The notes beneath the pieces are model-generated. The model saw nothing but the letters and a program-made list of their open reading frames with translations. It ran no database searches and had not been told where the DNA came from. 64,000 bases of DNA from Octopus sinensis (lineage: Eukaryota), in the NCBI RefSeq assembly GCF_006345805.1, contig NC_043001.1:75392001-75456000 (forward strand), in the 5' to 3' direction. Position numbers and translations under genes: made by a program. Shown in pieces: positions 1 through 13,039 of the stretch (the first letter of the stretch is position 1; every line of letters starts with the position of its first letter).

Positions 1-415
1 AAAGAGAAAAGAGGGAGGAATGGAGGATGGGAAGAAACAGAGGAATTCAGACACAGGAAAGTAAAAGAAATCATGTAACTTGGGTTGGTCTTTGACTAAT
101 ACGTGGTTGATACTAAATGACCTTTCACGATGTGAATTTTGTTTTTGGAGAAAGGGACGAAGTGAGAAAGTCAGGAAAGCAAGGGAAAGAATCGAAAATG
201 GAAAGAGTGACAGAGAAAAAGAGGCTTCTTTTCAATTATAATGTATCGATGATGATCAATTATATTGCATCGATTGTTGAAATTTAATTACAATTCAAGA
301 TGTCATTCTCGATTCAGCCATTATTTTTGAAAGTCTCTCTTTCTCTCTCTCTCTTTTTTCTCTTATTATATACAAATTAACATTTTCAGAATTGAAAAGG
401 TGATTCTTAAGTAAG

Positions 416-1170
416 TACACAGTTATAAAGTTGAAATAAATCTGAAAAATCCAATGTTAGCTGAAATGGAAGACTGGAAGCCATCAGAATATTGGAAAAG
501 ATTTGCCTGGATCATGATGACTTGTACTGGGTATCAAAATGGCGATATCATGTTTGGTGCTCATGTCACGTCTTACCACCTCTGTAAATGTGGTAAGACG
601 TGACATGGACCAAGTTTCCCCAAACTGTGATAGTCTTTCAGTGTGTCCCCACGTCCTTGATCAGAGCCTCAGGCTTCCTTCAGATGGCTATGTGATACTT
701 CTGCAGAATGTAGTCAAACTCTGGCTAGAGTGAGTTGCTGCTGGAAGGCCATATGTGTGGCAGCAGGATTTGGGACCGTTGCCATACCTCCGGCAATAGT
801 TAGAAGTAGTTGTCAGAGAATTTCTACGACTTTAGCAACCCCAATATTTAGCCTCCTAATTCCCGCTCTTGTAATCCCATGGATTGCGGTTGAGAATGAA
901 AACCACCCTTCCTGCAGCACTAACGCCGAGCTTGTATCCAAGATGAACGAAACGTTCGAAGAAATTCCTAGGAACACGGTGAGGAATGCATGCAGCGTGT
1001 TTCAGAGACACTTTGAGGCAGTGGTGAAAGCTGAGGGAGGCTATTTTGAGTAAACTATTATCTCCCAGCCATAGTCTAGTTGATTCTTCTTGATGCTTTA
1101 AATTATTATCTTTGTAGGATGGTATATTGTGTTTTTTACCTTTTATACAAATTTTGTCCGAACACTGTAT
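416..1170 (+). mobile_element. Degenerate, internally deleted Tc1/mariner (IS630-Tc1-mariner) transposon
   Basis: Frameshifted remnants read RPYVWQQD.., P.NSP..NPMD and C-terminal ELVSKMNETFEEIPRNTVRNACSVFQRHFEAVVKAEGGYFE (ORF 730-1053). Right end ...ccgaacactg is followed by TA; left TIR not found. Confidence 0.8.
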
Positions 1171-1180
1171 ATATACATAC

Positions 1181-1294
<114 letters not shown>

Positions 1295-1581
1295 CACGTG
1301 ATCACGTGACGGACCAGTCCATTAGATGTAGTTACATATCGCTTGTCACAATGCGTTCGCATTGTTTTAGCCTTCGAAGATGCCACCCCGCTGGCTAAGC
1401 GAGCAGGCCAACAGAAGAAAGAGTGGTGAAAAAATACAGCAGGGATCACCAACCCCTGCCGGAGACTCGTGGAGCTTTTAGGTGTTTTCGCTCAATAAAC
1501 ACTCACAACGCCCGGTCTGGGAATCGAAACCGCGATCCTACGACCGCGAGTCCGCTGCCCTAACCACTGGGCCATTACGCC
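1295..1581 (-). mobile_element. tRNA-derived SINE (family A)
   Basis: Minus strand starts ggcgtaatggcccagtggttagggcagcgg (A box) and ggtttcgattccc (B box); the head matches the copy at 44889. Confidence 0.85.
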
Positions 1582-1607
1582 TCTCTCTCTCTCTCTCTCT
1601 CTCTCTC

Positions 1608-1704
<97 letters not shown>

Positions 1705-2068
1705 GTTAAAGTTAGGGCGTATAAACACGAGACAAGTAGTTTTGATTCTTCCCTGTGTATACGTTTAACTCTAGGTTGGAACTGCTGAGGAAGATCAAAC
1801 CTAGTGAGTTCTCCAATTGGTCCAGGAAACTAGATGGTAAAGAATTTTCATTTTAAAATTTATTCCTGTCGAATTTTATCCCAAATTTTTGTGGTTATAG
1901 AACCTAACCGTTCTTTCTAGCGTACAGATCCCTATAAGTGGATTCCTTATGCGTTTAAATATACACTATATTGTATGACTAATATATAGTCTGTTTGACT
2001 AAATTTTTTTACACGTTAGACCACTGGAAATGTAAATTTTAATTAATTTCCATTTCCTTTGATATGAT

Positions 2069-2159
<91 letters not shown>

Positions 2160-3178
2160 GTGTGTGTGTGTGTGTGTTTTGTATGTGAAGAGAGAGGGAG
2201 AGAGATAGAATATATGTGCTGTGTAATGTGCTACTTAAGGGAGGTCCAAGTTCCCCAATCCATTCATACATCCAGTGCTATACGACACGAGTTATCAAAC
2301 TATGCAATAGGCTAGAGTGTGAAATACGAGCCATATAATATTATCAATAAAATACTGAAAGCATATATGCCATTGTTTAAGAACCTCCTTTATACTAGGA
2401 TAGATTTGCAGTGTTATCTGCGAAGTTTGTTTTGAAAAGACACTTTTCTTGTAAGTAGAAATCTGTATCTTTCACAGACCTTTTTGTTTTAAAACCTATA
2501 TTTTGTTAGAAGACTTTTTTATCACCATAGTTTAACAGTTTTAGAGAAAAATATTTTATGTTGAATTAGCGTCGTTTGTTACCATTAATTTATCATATGC
2601 TAACAGAAGGTGTATTATCTTCGAAGAGATGGCACATAAGAAAGAAATTCCATCGACGATCCAGAAAGCTATTCAAGTAGTTGGAAGCGTCGGCATCAAT
2701 CTGCTGCAGGTCAGAGAAATCTGTCTCTCCCTCAAACTGAATGTCTACAATGTTTTTTGTTCTCTTTAAAATGTTGTCTGGTTGTGAGACATGAATGAAC
2801 AGCCTTTCACAAATACATCGCACATATTGCTATCAGGAACGTTAAAGGAGAACAATGAGAACCTGACGTCTAACCCAATATCAGTCCAAATTCCGGTTAT
2901 ACAAACTTCTATCATCTTGACTGATATATGTGAGTGGTGCTAACATAAAAAGCTCGTTTACTGGCTCTAGTAACAAGTACTAGTGCAACAAAATAGTTTT
3001 GAGCTGAGTAATGCTTGCAATGCATATAGGCCATCTTGGACGCAGAAAGGCCTTTGCTCCTCCTCTTAAGACTGGTAGTCGATACCCTACGTGCAGCCGT
3101 ATCTGCATGCCTTATTTTGGTAACAGACGTCATAAAATAAATCAATGTTTATTTTCTACACACACATACACTTATATA

Positions 3179-3221
<43 letters not shown>

Positions 3222-3260
3222 ATATATATATATATATATTATATATATATATATATATAC

Positions 3261-3329
<69 letters not shown>

Positions 3330-3343
3330 TATATATACATATA

Positions 3344-3400
3344 CTAGCAACTAAGCCCCGTTTCACCCGGTCGGTTTAGATGATGTGGCTGTAAATCCTG
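3344..3400 (-). mobile_element. Possible Helitron-like 3' terminus
   Basis: Minus strand has a GC-rich imperfect hairpin (ccgggtgaaacgggg) a few nt before CTAG followed by T. Confidence 0.35.
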
Positions 3401-4149
3401 CTCTGTGTAAGCATTCGACTTGTTTGGGCACGCTTATGTTAAAAGACAATTTTAGAATAACTTTTTTCTGTCAAAACGCTAAAAATAACTGACCCCCAAA
3501 AAAACAACCAAGATTCAACCAGATCAAAAAATAAACCCAAATACTAAGCGAACAAACGTGAACCATTTCACATTCATTGCGTGCGCACACGCACACACAC
3601 GCACACACACACACACACACACAAACGAACATACACACACGCACACACACATTCATATACCCCCTTTTATATACGTACACATATATTCACACACAGTTGA
3701 AATGCTATTTGATTTATTTTTCAGCTTACAATTTTCATCATCCCACTACCAAATATGACATCACCCCTTCCTTTCTTATTCATCTATCACCCCTTCCTTT
3801 ATCATTCATAAACACAATGTTATTATTATTATCATAGTACATTATCTCGATAACCATGGGAGCTATGAAAAAAACAAGACCCAGCATCACTACTGATCAT
3901 TCTACACATCTGTGTAATTTTTCGGACAATTCCACCCAGCCGTTTGACCGTGAATCCCAAGACAAGAAAGAATCACCTATGTCAAATTTATATTTATATA
4001 TTTGTGTATGTATGTATGTGTGTGTGTGTGTGTGTGTGTGTGCGTGCGTGCGTAAATCAAATAGAAACATAGATTTTCCATATAGCTCATGATGCTTTTA
4101 TGGTGTATAAGTGACCGTAATCACAACATTCACCCTATAAGGGGCACTG

Positions 4150-4367
4150 ATCTGTGGCAAAAATTTCAAGAGCCGGCAATTTTGAAGGGAAGGAGCAAGA
4201 CGATTACATCTACCCCAGTACTTGACTGGCACTTCATTTTACCGACCTTGAACGGTTAAAGGGCAAATTCGACCTATGTGCGTTTTGAACTAAGAACGTA
4301 AAGAGTAGGAAGAAATGCTGCGAACCATTTTGTCCGAGATTCTAAAGATTCTAGCAGTTCGCCGCCT
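4150..4367 (-). mobile_element. tRNA-derived SINE (family C), degenerate
   Basis: Matches the ggcggcgagctggcagaa..gagttcaaattccgccgaggtcgac family seen many times in this window. Confidence 0.75.
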
Positions 4368-6133
4368 TATACTATTCTTAACTGTTAAACCATCATATCT
4401 AAACAACAGTTCAGCTTCTAAATGAAAAAGCTGTCAATATATTATTTATTTTATGTCCAAGTTTCAAATCCTGTTAGTAATGATTTGGTCATTGGTAAAT
4501 TTTCAGTCAGTAAAATTAAGTATCAATCAAGTATTGAGATCGATATTAACAAGTGTTTAATCAATCAAAGTTTGTCGCCATTAGACGTAAGTTTATAATA
4601 AATGTTTACAAATACCTCAAAGTAATTTAATTGACTACAAGTGTACAAAGTAGTGTTGACTGAAACAGAGTTATATACAATTATAATTAACACGTTCGTG
4701 TGCACACAAATGTGGAAAGATATTTGCTGCTGAAATTGTCTCACGAAAGAAAGTTAATGAGTGCGAAACACAAAGCACTGGGCTGTAAATGATCATATCG
4801 GACAGCAGGACACATGTTTTTATGTCGTTGCGCCTCATCACCTACTGATATTTAAAATGTCGTTCATAGATTTAAACAACAAATAATACAATTACTGATA
4901 AGCGCGAGATTTTGTCAAGCTAGAATTAATTAATTAAATTAATTAATTAGAGGCTCACTGAGCAACGTTGACTGAAATATATTAATTTCTCTCCCGAGAC
5001 TACTTCGCAGATGAAGTATTTTCACGTTTGAGTAACATGAGCATGTTAAATATAATTAAAACATTTCCAAAGTATTTGTTCTTCCTTCTATAAATTCTGG
5101 CTTCAAACTTAATGTCACAATGATAAAAATACAAGTCACTTTGACAAGTATTGATTTATTTTGACTGAGAAAAGGGGCTTTGATGGAGTAAAATCAATTT
5201 TGTGACGTTTATGCTTTGCCAAAACATTTGTAAGTGACTGAGGATTAATAGTAAAATTCGAAATCTTTTCGGAATGAGCACATATCTAATTCGAATATTA
5301 AGTCGAATAAAGAGACTGTATAAAATTAATTCAAATGAAAACATTGACAAATATTTATATATTTTTTGACTGAGGTAAAACGGGGATATTTTCTGTATTT
5401 TCTGGAGTAAAATCAATTTTATGCTGTTCATTCTTTGCCAAGGCATTCGGCAAGTGATTGAGAGGTGTTCGTAAGATTTGAAATTGTCGCAGAATGAGTG
5501 CATATCAAAACAGAATATGAAAAGAGACAATGGAATTAATTCAAATGAGAACAGTACACAGTTCTTTACATTGTTGTATTTAAGATACAGTAAAACACAA
5601 TGACTACAGTTAAATTTGAAATAAAAATAATAAACAACATTCAACATGACAGGAAAGCAACGTGAACAATGAAAAACTGGAAATAACTGCTAGTTTGAGT
5701 AGGAACAAAAAAGAAAACTGGTGATGCTAGAAGTGGTAATCAAACCTAACAAATGAACAAATCAATCAAGCAGAAGAATAAAACATTACTGAAAAATTAT
5801 TTGAATAAAATAAAGAAAAGAAAAATAAAGAACCGAATACTGAGGCTGTTTATACGGCGAAATACTGCGAAAATCACTATAAAAATTTTAAAAAGACGAG
5901 TATGAAAATGTTGATGCGTGATGCAGCAAAATAACCAACTTCCTCCCACAAAATGACAAATAAAAACCAAAAACAAAAAAAAAATAAAGAAGGCATTACA
6001 ATTGACCATACAATATGACATCATGTTAATTAAATTATAACACAAAGTAGTTAAGCCTGAACATGATGAATATTATTTTCATTCCTCAAAGATGCCTGTA
6101 AATTTGTGGTGACATGTGCATAAAACAATAATA

Positions 6134-6588
6134 TTTTCTAGTAAAGGCACAAGGCCTTAAATATTGAGGGATGGCACTAGTCAATTACATCAACCCCTGT
6201 GTCTCACTGGTGCTTAATTTATCAACCCCGAAAACATGGAAAGCAAAGTCGACAATGGCGGAATTTGAACACTGAACGCTAAGCATTTGAAATGCCATTA
6301 AACATTTTGCTCAGTGTGCTAAAAATTCTGCCAGCTCGCCGCCTTAGTAATAACAACAACAACAATAATAATAAAGGTTTCAAACTTTGTTACAAGGGCA
6401 GCAATATTGGAGGAGGGAATGAGTCGATTACATCGACCCCAGTGTTCAACTGGTACTTATTTTATTGACACCGAAAGGAGGAAAGGCAAAGTCAACTTCG
6501 GTGGAATTTGAACTCAGAACGTAAAGACGGACGAAATGCCGCTAAGCGTTTTGCACGGTGAGCTAACGATTCTACCAGCTCGCCGCCC
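6134..6588 (-). mobile_element. Two adjacent family C SINE copies (6134-6344, 6376-6588)
   Basis: Both end in ccagctcgccgcc on the plus strand and share the gtcgac..ggcggaatttgaac core. Confidence 0.8.
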
Positions 6589-6665
6589 TAGTAATAAGAG
6601 CAAAAAACAACAGCAACAAGAATTATTATTATTATGACGATAATAATAATAATAATAATAATAAT

Positions 6666-7220
6666 AAATGCCCTCATGTAATACCAAGCACTGGCTCTCA
6701 TGTCTGATCTTACCAGATTGAAAGTGTTATCATGTACATGTTTTGCATTGGTATAAAAGATAGGTTACAGCAAATATTCTGCTCAATACCTCAGATTAGC
6801 TTGTCACTTGTTTGACTGTAACCAGTTGAGTATATCCCTTAGTAGCTGACGATATGTACTTTTCTGATGATAAGCAGATGTAATGGGGGAGCATCATAGC
6901 CATGCGTTGAGTGGAATTCTTTGGGGTTTTAATAATTCACCTCTGGAAACATGAGTGTTTCGTTCAACATCCTTAAACAACCTATATTTAGGAAACTTTT
7001 GAGCAGGATGGGCTGCTCGACTTGAAGAAAATTGTAACTGGGCCTCATCTGCAAGGTCTTGTGTGGTTTATCGTGATATGAGATCACCATGTCTCACAAA
7101 TATGGTTGTGATGCATGTGCCTGGCGTGCCCTTATCCGACGGGTAGTCATAATGGCTATACTGGTCTTCGTATTTTTGTACCCGAGTGTCACTTTGATAG
7201 CATGCGCTGCTCTCTCACTC
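6666..7220. repeat. ~540-bp ORF-less element flanked by (AAT)n, copy 1
   Basis: Starts aaatgccct, ends ctctcactc; alignable end to end with 7481-8037 and 11484-12003. Confidence 0.85.
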
Positions 7221-7426
7221 AATAATGATAATGATATTTTCACCTTTTACTTTCTTTATTTTTCCCTTTTTATCTACCACATATCTTGACTTTGTAAATG
7301 AACAATCGTTTTTTTTTTGTTATTTTAATGGCTTACCAATGTAGGCAGTGAGTGTATTTACCTTAGGTGTCGGGAAGACACCAAGCAAAAAATAGAAGCA
7401 AAATAATGACAAAATAATAATAATAA

Positions 7427-7480
<54 letters not shown>

Positions 7481-7484
<4 letters not shown>

Positions 7485-8037
7485 GCCCTGATGCAGTACC
7501 AGGCAGTGGCTCTCATGGCTTCTGATCTTAACTGATTGGAAGTGTCATCATGTACATTGTTTTGTCTTGGTATAAAAGATGTGCTACAGCAAATATTCTG
7601 CTCAATACCACAGATTTGCTTGTCATTTGTTTGACCTTAACCATTTGAGCATGTCCCTTAGTGGCTGACGATATGTGCATCTCTGATCACGAGCAGAAGT
7701 AGTGGGGGAGCATCATAGCCATGTGTTGAGAGGGATTCTTTGGGGTTTGAATAGTTCACCTCTGGAAACATAGGTGGTTCTTTCAACATCCTTAAACAAC
7801 CCTTATTCAGGGACCTTTTGAGCGGGATGGGCTACTCGACCTGAAGAAAATTCTAACTGGGCCCTTCTGCAAGGTCATGCGCTGTTTACCTTGATATGAG
7901 ATCACCATGTCGCGCACATATGGTTGTGATGCATGTGCCTGGTGTACCCTTATCAGACGGGTAGTCATGATGGGTATATTGGGCTTCGTATATTTTACCC
8001 CAGTGTCACTTTGATGGCATGAACTGCTCTCTCACTC
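7481..8037. repeat. ~540-bp ORF-less element flanked by (AAT)n, copy 2
   Basis: Same termini as copies 1 and 3, with AAT arrays on both sides. Confidence 0.85.
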
Positions 8038-8071
<34 letters not shown>

Positions 8072-8074
8072 GTG

Positions 8075-9120
8075 ATGACTTATCAAGGAACTATGCCCAA
8101 AAAGCGATATTGATACACTGTATGTTCCCAGGAAAAATGGAGAAAGCGCCCGCATAAGATGCACAAATGTGCGTTGTCAACGAGGAGAACAATCTGGCAT
8201 GGTGCATCAAACAGCAGAGTGAATACTTGCCTGGAAAATGAAAAGATGCATTGTCAATACCTCAGAGAAATTGAAGAGATAAACAAGACCAACATTTGGA
8301 GATGGCTAAGAAAATGTGATCTGAAAGGATACACTGAGGCATTGATATGCAGCGGCCAGGAACAAGCTCTGAGAACTAATTGCACCAAGTTCCAAATATA
8401 TAAGAGCAGCGAATCGCCCCTTTGTAGGAAGTGTGGCAGCAAAAAAGGAAACAATCTTACATATTGTCAATGAGTGTAGCAGCCTGGGCCAAAAGTACTA
8501 CAAAAGGACGTACGGTAACGTGGCTAAGTTTGTACAGTGGAGACTGAAAAGCACGATCTGGGCTGAGCACGGAAATGGTACTAACATGATCTAGGGGGCG
8601 GGCGTCACTGAGAACGATGTGGCGTTTTACAATCCATTGTGACTATCTATCGATGCTTGGAGACAAGATATTTTTCTAATAGATAAAAAGACAAAAGGAA
8701 ACCAAAATCATAGATATTGCCATACCCGGTGATGCGCGCGTAGATGGCAAAGAGCTGGAAAAGATGGAGAAAGACAGACTACTAAAAGATGAAATTGCAA
8801 GAATGTAGGCAATGAGGAGAATAACTGTTATCCCAGAAGTAGGGGCACTCGGAACACTAACAACCAGGTTCGAGAAATATGTCGGAGAAATTGATATTGA
8901 GATGATGGCAGAGCAGGCCCAAAAAAACTGCTCTGATGCGGTCAGCTAGGATTTTGAGATTAATGCACATGTTGTGTGTCTTCCACGCTAAGTTAACATC
9001 TAAGAGCCAAAGCTTATAATGTGAGGAAAGAGACCATGTGGGACCTGTGACAACACGTTGCTATCCGCACTCACAGAATCATGCATACTAAGTCAGTCCG
9101 AGAATTCTGAGGTTTAAGAT
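8075..9120 (+). mobile_element. Degenerate 3' part of an R4/Dong-like RT-RLE non-LTR retrotransposon
   Basis: Remnants: SDIDTLYVPRKNG, EALICSGQEQALRTN, CCHC-type CRKCG..HIVNEC, IIDIAIPGD; followed by an AAT tail. Confidence 0.8.
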
Positions 9121-9127
9121 CATGATG

Positions 9128-9167
<40 letters not shown>

Positions 9168-9172
9168 TAACG

Positions 9173-9227
<55 letters not shown>

Positions 9228-9230
9228 TAA

Positions 9231-10785
9231 CGGATTAGAAAAATGCGCCAAAGTAACCATGAAAAGAGGAAAACTAGTTAAGAGTAACAGCATCACACTA
9301 GATAAAACCAATGAAATAAAAGAATTAGACCAAAGCCAAACTTACAAATACTTAGGAATCCATGAACTAGATAAGACACAACACACACAAATGAAAGAAA
9401 AAATAAAAAAAGAATATTATAGACGAGTTAGATCAATACTAAACACAGAGCTCAATGCTAAAAACAAGATAATAGGTATCAACACTTTAGCTGTCCCAGT
9501 TATAAGTTACAGCTACAATATCCTTAACTGGACACGAACTGAACTGACCAAAATAGATAGGAAAACAAGAAAAATACTGACAGGATCTAGGATGCATCAC
9601 CCAAAATCTGACATAGAAAGACTATATATACAACGTATAGAAGGTGGTAGAGGCCTTATACAGCTGGAAAACTACTATAAAATAATCACCATAGGACTGC
9701 AAAAATATCTACTTCAGAAGGAAGGAAAACTGATCCAGATAGCGACAAAACACGAGCAAAACAAAAAACTGTTCTCAGTATTTAAGGAAGCTGACAAATA
9801 CAAACAAGAAATCATACCACCTAATAAACATGAAAAAGAAGAAGAAGATGAAGAAACAACAAAAGCTATAAAACAAATGAAATCCAAACTAAAAATAGAA
9901 CAGCAACGATCCATGATAAAACGATGGCAAGAAAAGCCCCTTCATGGTAAATACTGGACTAAACTAAACGCAAAAGAAATAGACAAAGAAAAATCCCAGC
10001 AATGGTTGAGAAGCTCAGGACTCAAAGCAGAAACAGAGGGATTTTTAATTGCAGCACAAGACCAAAGCCTCCCCACCAGAAATTACCAAAAACATGTAAT
10101 GAAAAGAAATATTACAAGTAACTGCAGAATATGTGGAGATGGACAAGAAACAATAAATCATATTATCTCTAGCTGCCCAGTCCTGGCTAAGAAGGAATAT
10201 ATTCACAGACATGACAGAGTTGGAACCTACATACATTGGAATCTATGCCAACATTATGGAATAACAACAGAAAAAAGATGGTATAGGCACACACCAGAAA
10301 AGGTCACAGAAAACGAGAAAGCAACCATACTCTGGGATATGCCGATACACACAGATAGAGAAATTAAGGCCAACAGACCAGATATAGTTGTCAGAGATCA
10401 TGAAGAAAAAAATGCTTTCTAATTGATGTATCAATACCGGCTGATGACAACGTGTCTCTAAAAGAAATGGAGAAACTCTCAAAATACAAAGACCTGGAAA
10501 TAGAGGTAACTAGAATGTGGAATCTGAAAACAGAAACAATTCCTATCATAGTAGGTGCATTAGGCATGATAAAAAAATATTCAGACAAATACATAACAAA
10601 AACACCAGGACTTACAAACACATATAACATACAGAAAATTGCACTACTAGGCACTGCACACATCCTACGCAGAACACTTTCCATACAATAACCATCAGAG
10701 CATCACAACAAATCACAGCACATACCCAAGGCACACAGAGCTGTGCTCGGTAGTGAAGTGAAAGCACGCTATAAAAATAAAACTA

Positions 10786-10788
<3 letters not shown>
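9231..10788 (+). mobile_element. 5'-truncated, young R4/Dong-like RT-RLE retrotransposon
   Basis: Reading frame from 9232 (GLEKCAKVTMKRGKL) through the RT C-terminus, zinc knuckle CRICGDGQETINHIISSC, RHD, RPDIVV..(frameshift)..LIDVSIP and EKLSKY; stop at 10691; ~100-nt 3' UTR; AAT arrays on both sides. Confidence 0.9.
9232..10691 (+). pseudogene. RT (C-terminal part) plus restriction-like endonuclease reading frame with one frameshift at A7 (10406-10412)
   Basis: ORFs 9259-10422 and 10452-10691 join as EEKKCFLIDVSIPADDNVSLKE if one A is restored. Confidence 0.85.
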
Positions 10789-10838
<50 letters not shown>

Positions 10839-10873
10839 TAACGATAATAATAATAATAATAATAACGATAACG

Positions 10874-10914
<41 letters not shown>

Positions 10915-10951
10915 CATAACGATAATAATAATAATAATAATAATGATAACG

Positions 10952-10988
<37 letters not shown>

Positions 10989-10994
10989 TGTTGT

Positions 10995-11043
<49 letters not shown>

Positions 11044-11097
11044 AATGATGATGATGGTGATGATGGTGATGATGATATGATGATGATGATGATGATG

Positions 11098-11141
<44 letters not shown>

Positions 11142-11178
11142 CATAACGATAATAATAATAATAATAATAATGATAACG

Positions 11179-11224
<46 letters not shown>

Positions 11225-11242
11225 TAATAATAATGATGTTGT

Positions 11243-11289
<47 letters not shown>

Positions 11290-11299
11290 GTGATGATGG

Positions 11300-11372
<73 letters not shown>

Positions 11373-11483
11373 GATGATAATGATAATGATGAGAATGATA
11401 ATGATAATGATGATGATAATGATGATGATGATGATGATGATGATAATAATAATAATAATGATAATAATAATAATAATAATAAT
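10789..11483. repeat. Compound (AAT)/(GAT) microsatellite, ~700 bp
   Basis: Directly visible trinucleotide array with interruptions. Confidence 0.95.
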
Positions 11484-12003
11484 ATGCCCTAATGCAGTAC
11501 CAGGTTTTGTCTCACATGTCTTCTGATCTTAACTTATTGGAAATGTTATCATGTACATGTTTTGTTTCAGTGTAAAAATGTGTGCTACAGTTAATGTTCT
11601 GCTCAATATCACAGATTTGCTTGTCAGTTTTTGGCCTAAACCAGTTGAGCATGTCCCTTAGTGGCTGACGATATATGCGTCACTGATCATGAGCTGTGTG
11701 TCGAGCAGAATACTTTGGGGTTTGAATAATTCACCTCTAGAAAAATGGCTGTTTCGTTCAACATCCTTAAACAACCCTTATTCAGGGACCTTTTGAGTGG
11801 AATGGACTACCCGATTTAAAGAAAACCCTAACTGGGCCCCACCTGTAAGGCCGCGCGCCGTTTCTCTTGACATGAGATCACGATGTCGTGCACATATGGT
11901 TGAGATGCATGTGCATGGTGTACTCTTATCAGACAGGTAGACATGATGGATATTTTGGGCTTCGTATATTTGTATCCGGGTGTTGTGCACTGCTCCCTCA
12001 CTC
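11484..12003. repeat. ~540-bp ORF-less element flanked by (AAT)n, copy 3 (more diverged, small deletion)
   Basis: Starts atgccctaatgcagtacc, ends gctccctcactc. Confidence 0.8.
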
Positions 12004-12059
12004 AAATAATAATAATAATAATAATAATGATAATAATAATAATGATAATAATAATAATC

Positions 12060-12133
<74 letters not shown>

Positions 12134-12136
12134 AAG

Positions 12137-12954
12137 AAAATGTACGGTCAGTTTGTGAGAGATACGAACGCCAAAACAGATACAGAAGACCGGTGGCTAT
12201 GGATGAAGAGTGACCTGAAGATAGAGACAGAAGCACTTATATGCGAAGCACAAGAACAAGCGTTAAAGGACTAACTATGTGAAGCGCAGAATCGACAACA
12301 CTACCGAGAGTGACAAAAGCAGAATGTGTGGTGTGGAGGGTGAAATGGAATGGCACATCGTTAGAGAATACCCGAAATTGGCACAACTCGATTACCAAAA
12401 ACGATATGACAATGTAACAAGAATGATATCCATTGGGAGCTCTGTGGAAATCATGGCCTACAAAGAGTAAAGACATGGTATGAGAAAAATCCAGAAGGAG
12501 TCACCGTAAAGGGAGATTGCAAAATCTTGTGGTATGCATTGAATGCACTGATTTAGTGTGATCACCTGACCAGACATCGGTAACCGGACATTGCTGTGTA
12601 AAATAAAAACTTAAGAACTTGCATGATAATCGATATAGCATGTCAAGGTGACAAGCTCAAATAGAACACTGAACAACTACGACGATTTGAAGTGGGAAAT
12701 ACAATGGTTGTAGTCAATGAGAAGAGCAAACGTGATACCAATAGTAAATAATTGGCTCACTTACAGCATGGCTTACAAAGATTGGTACAAATGTAAAAAT
12801 AGAACACCTACAAAAATCATCAATGCTTGGAACAGCAAAATTCATCGCACGGTTCTTCAAGCATGATCAGTAAACAAGTGTCACCTTATTCTGCTAGCTG
12901 TGGCCAACTGACATTTTCCATCATACCCAGCAAAATAAACTGTGAGTTTTCGTC
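12137..12954 (+). mobile_element. Third, degenerate R4/Dong-like RLE 3' fragment
   Basis: MYGQFVR..LKIETEALICEAQEQAL, degenerate knuckle (RMCG..WHIVREY), PDIA-like motif; AAT tail. Confidence 0.75.
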
Positions 12955-12955
12955 A

Positions 12956-12998
<43 letters not shown>

Positions 12999-13039
12999 TA
13001 ATAATAATAATAATTATTATTATTATTATTATTATAATA

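Noticed and set aside
1781-1840. CTGAGGA-A-GATCAA..TTGGTC-cag-GAAAC as a hammerhead
   Set aside because: Stem II is plausible, but there is a 3-nt insertion before GAAA, a broken stem III and no stem I; at best a dead relic.
7481-7560. HDV-like or hammerhead ribozyme at the end of the ~540-bp element
   Set aside because: I could not build the nested pseudoknot or a valid hammerhead by eye; a covariance-model search is still needed.
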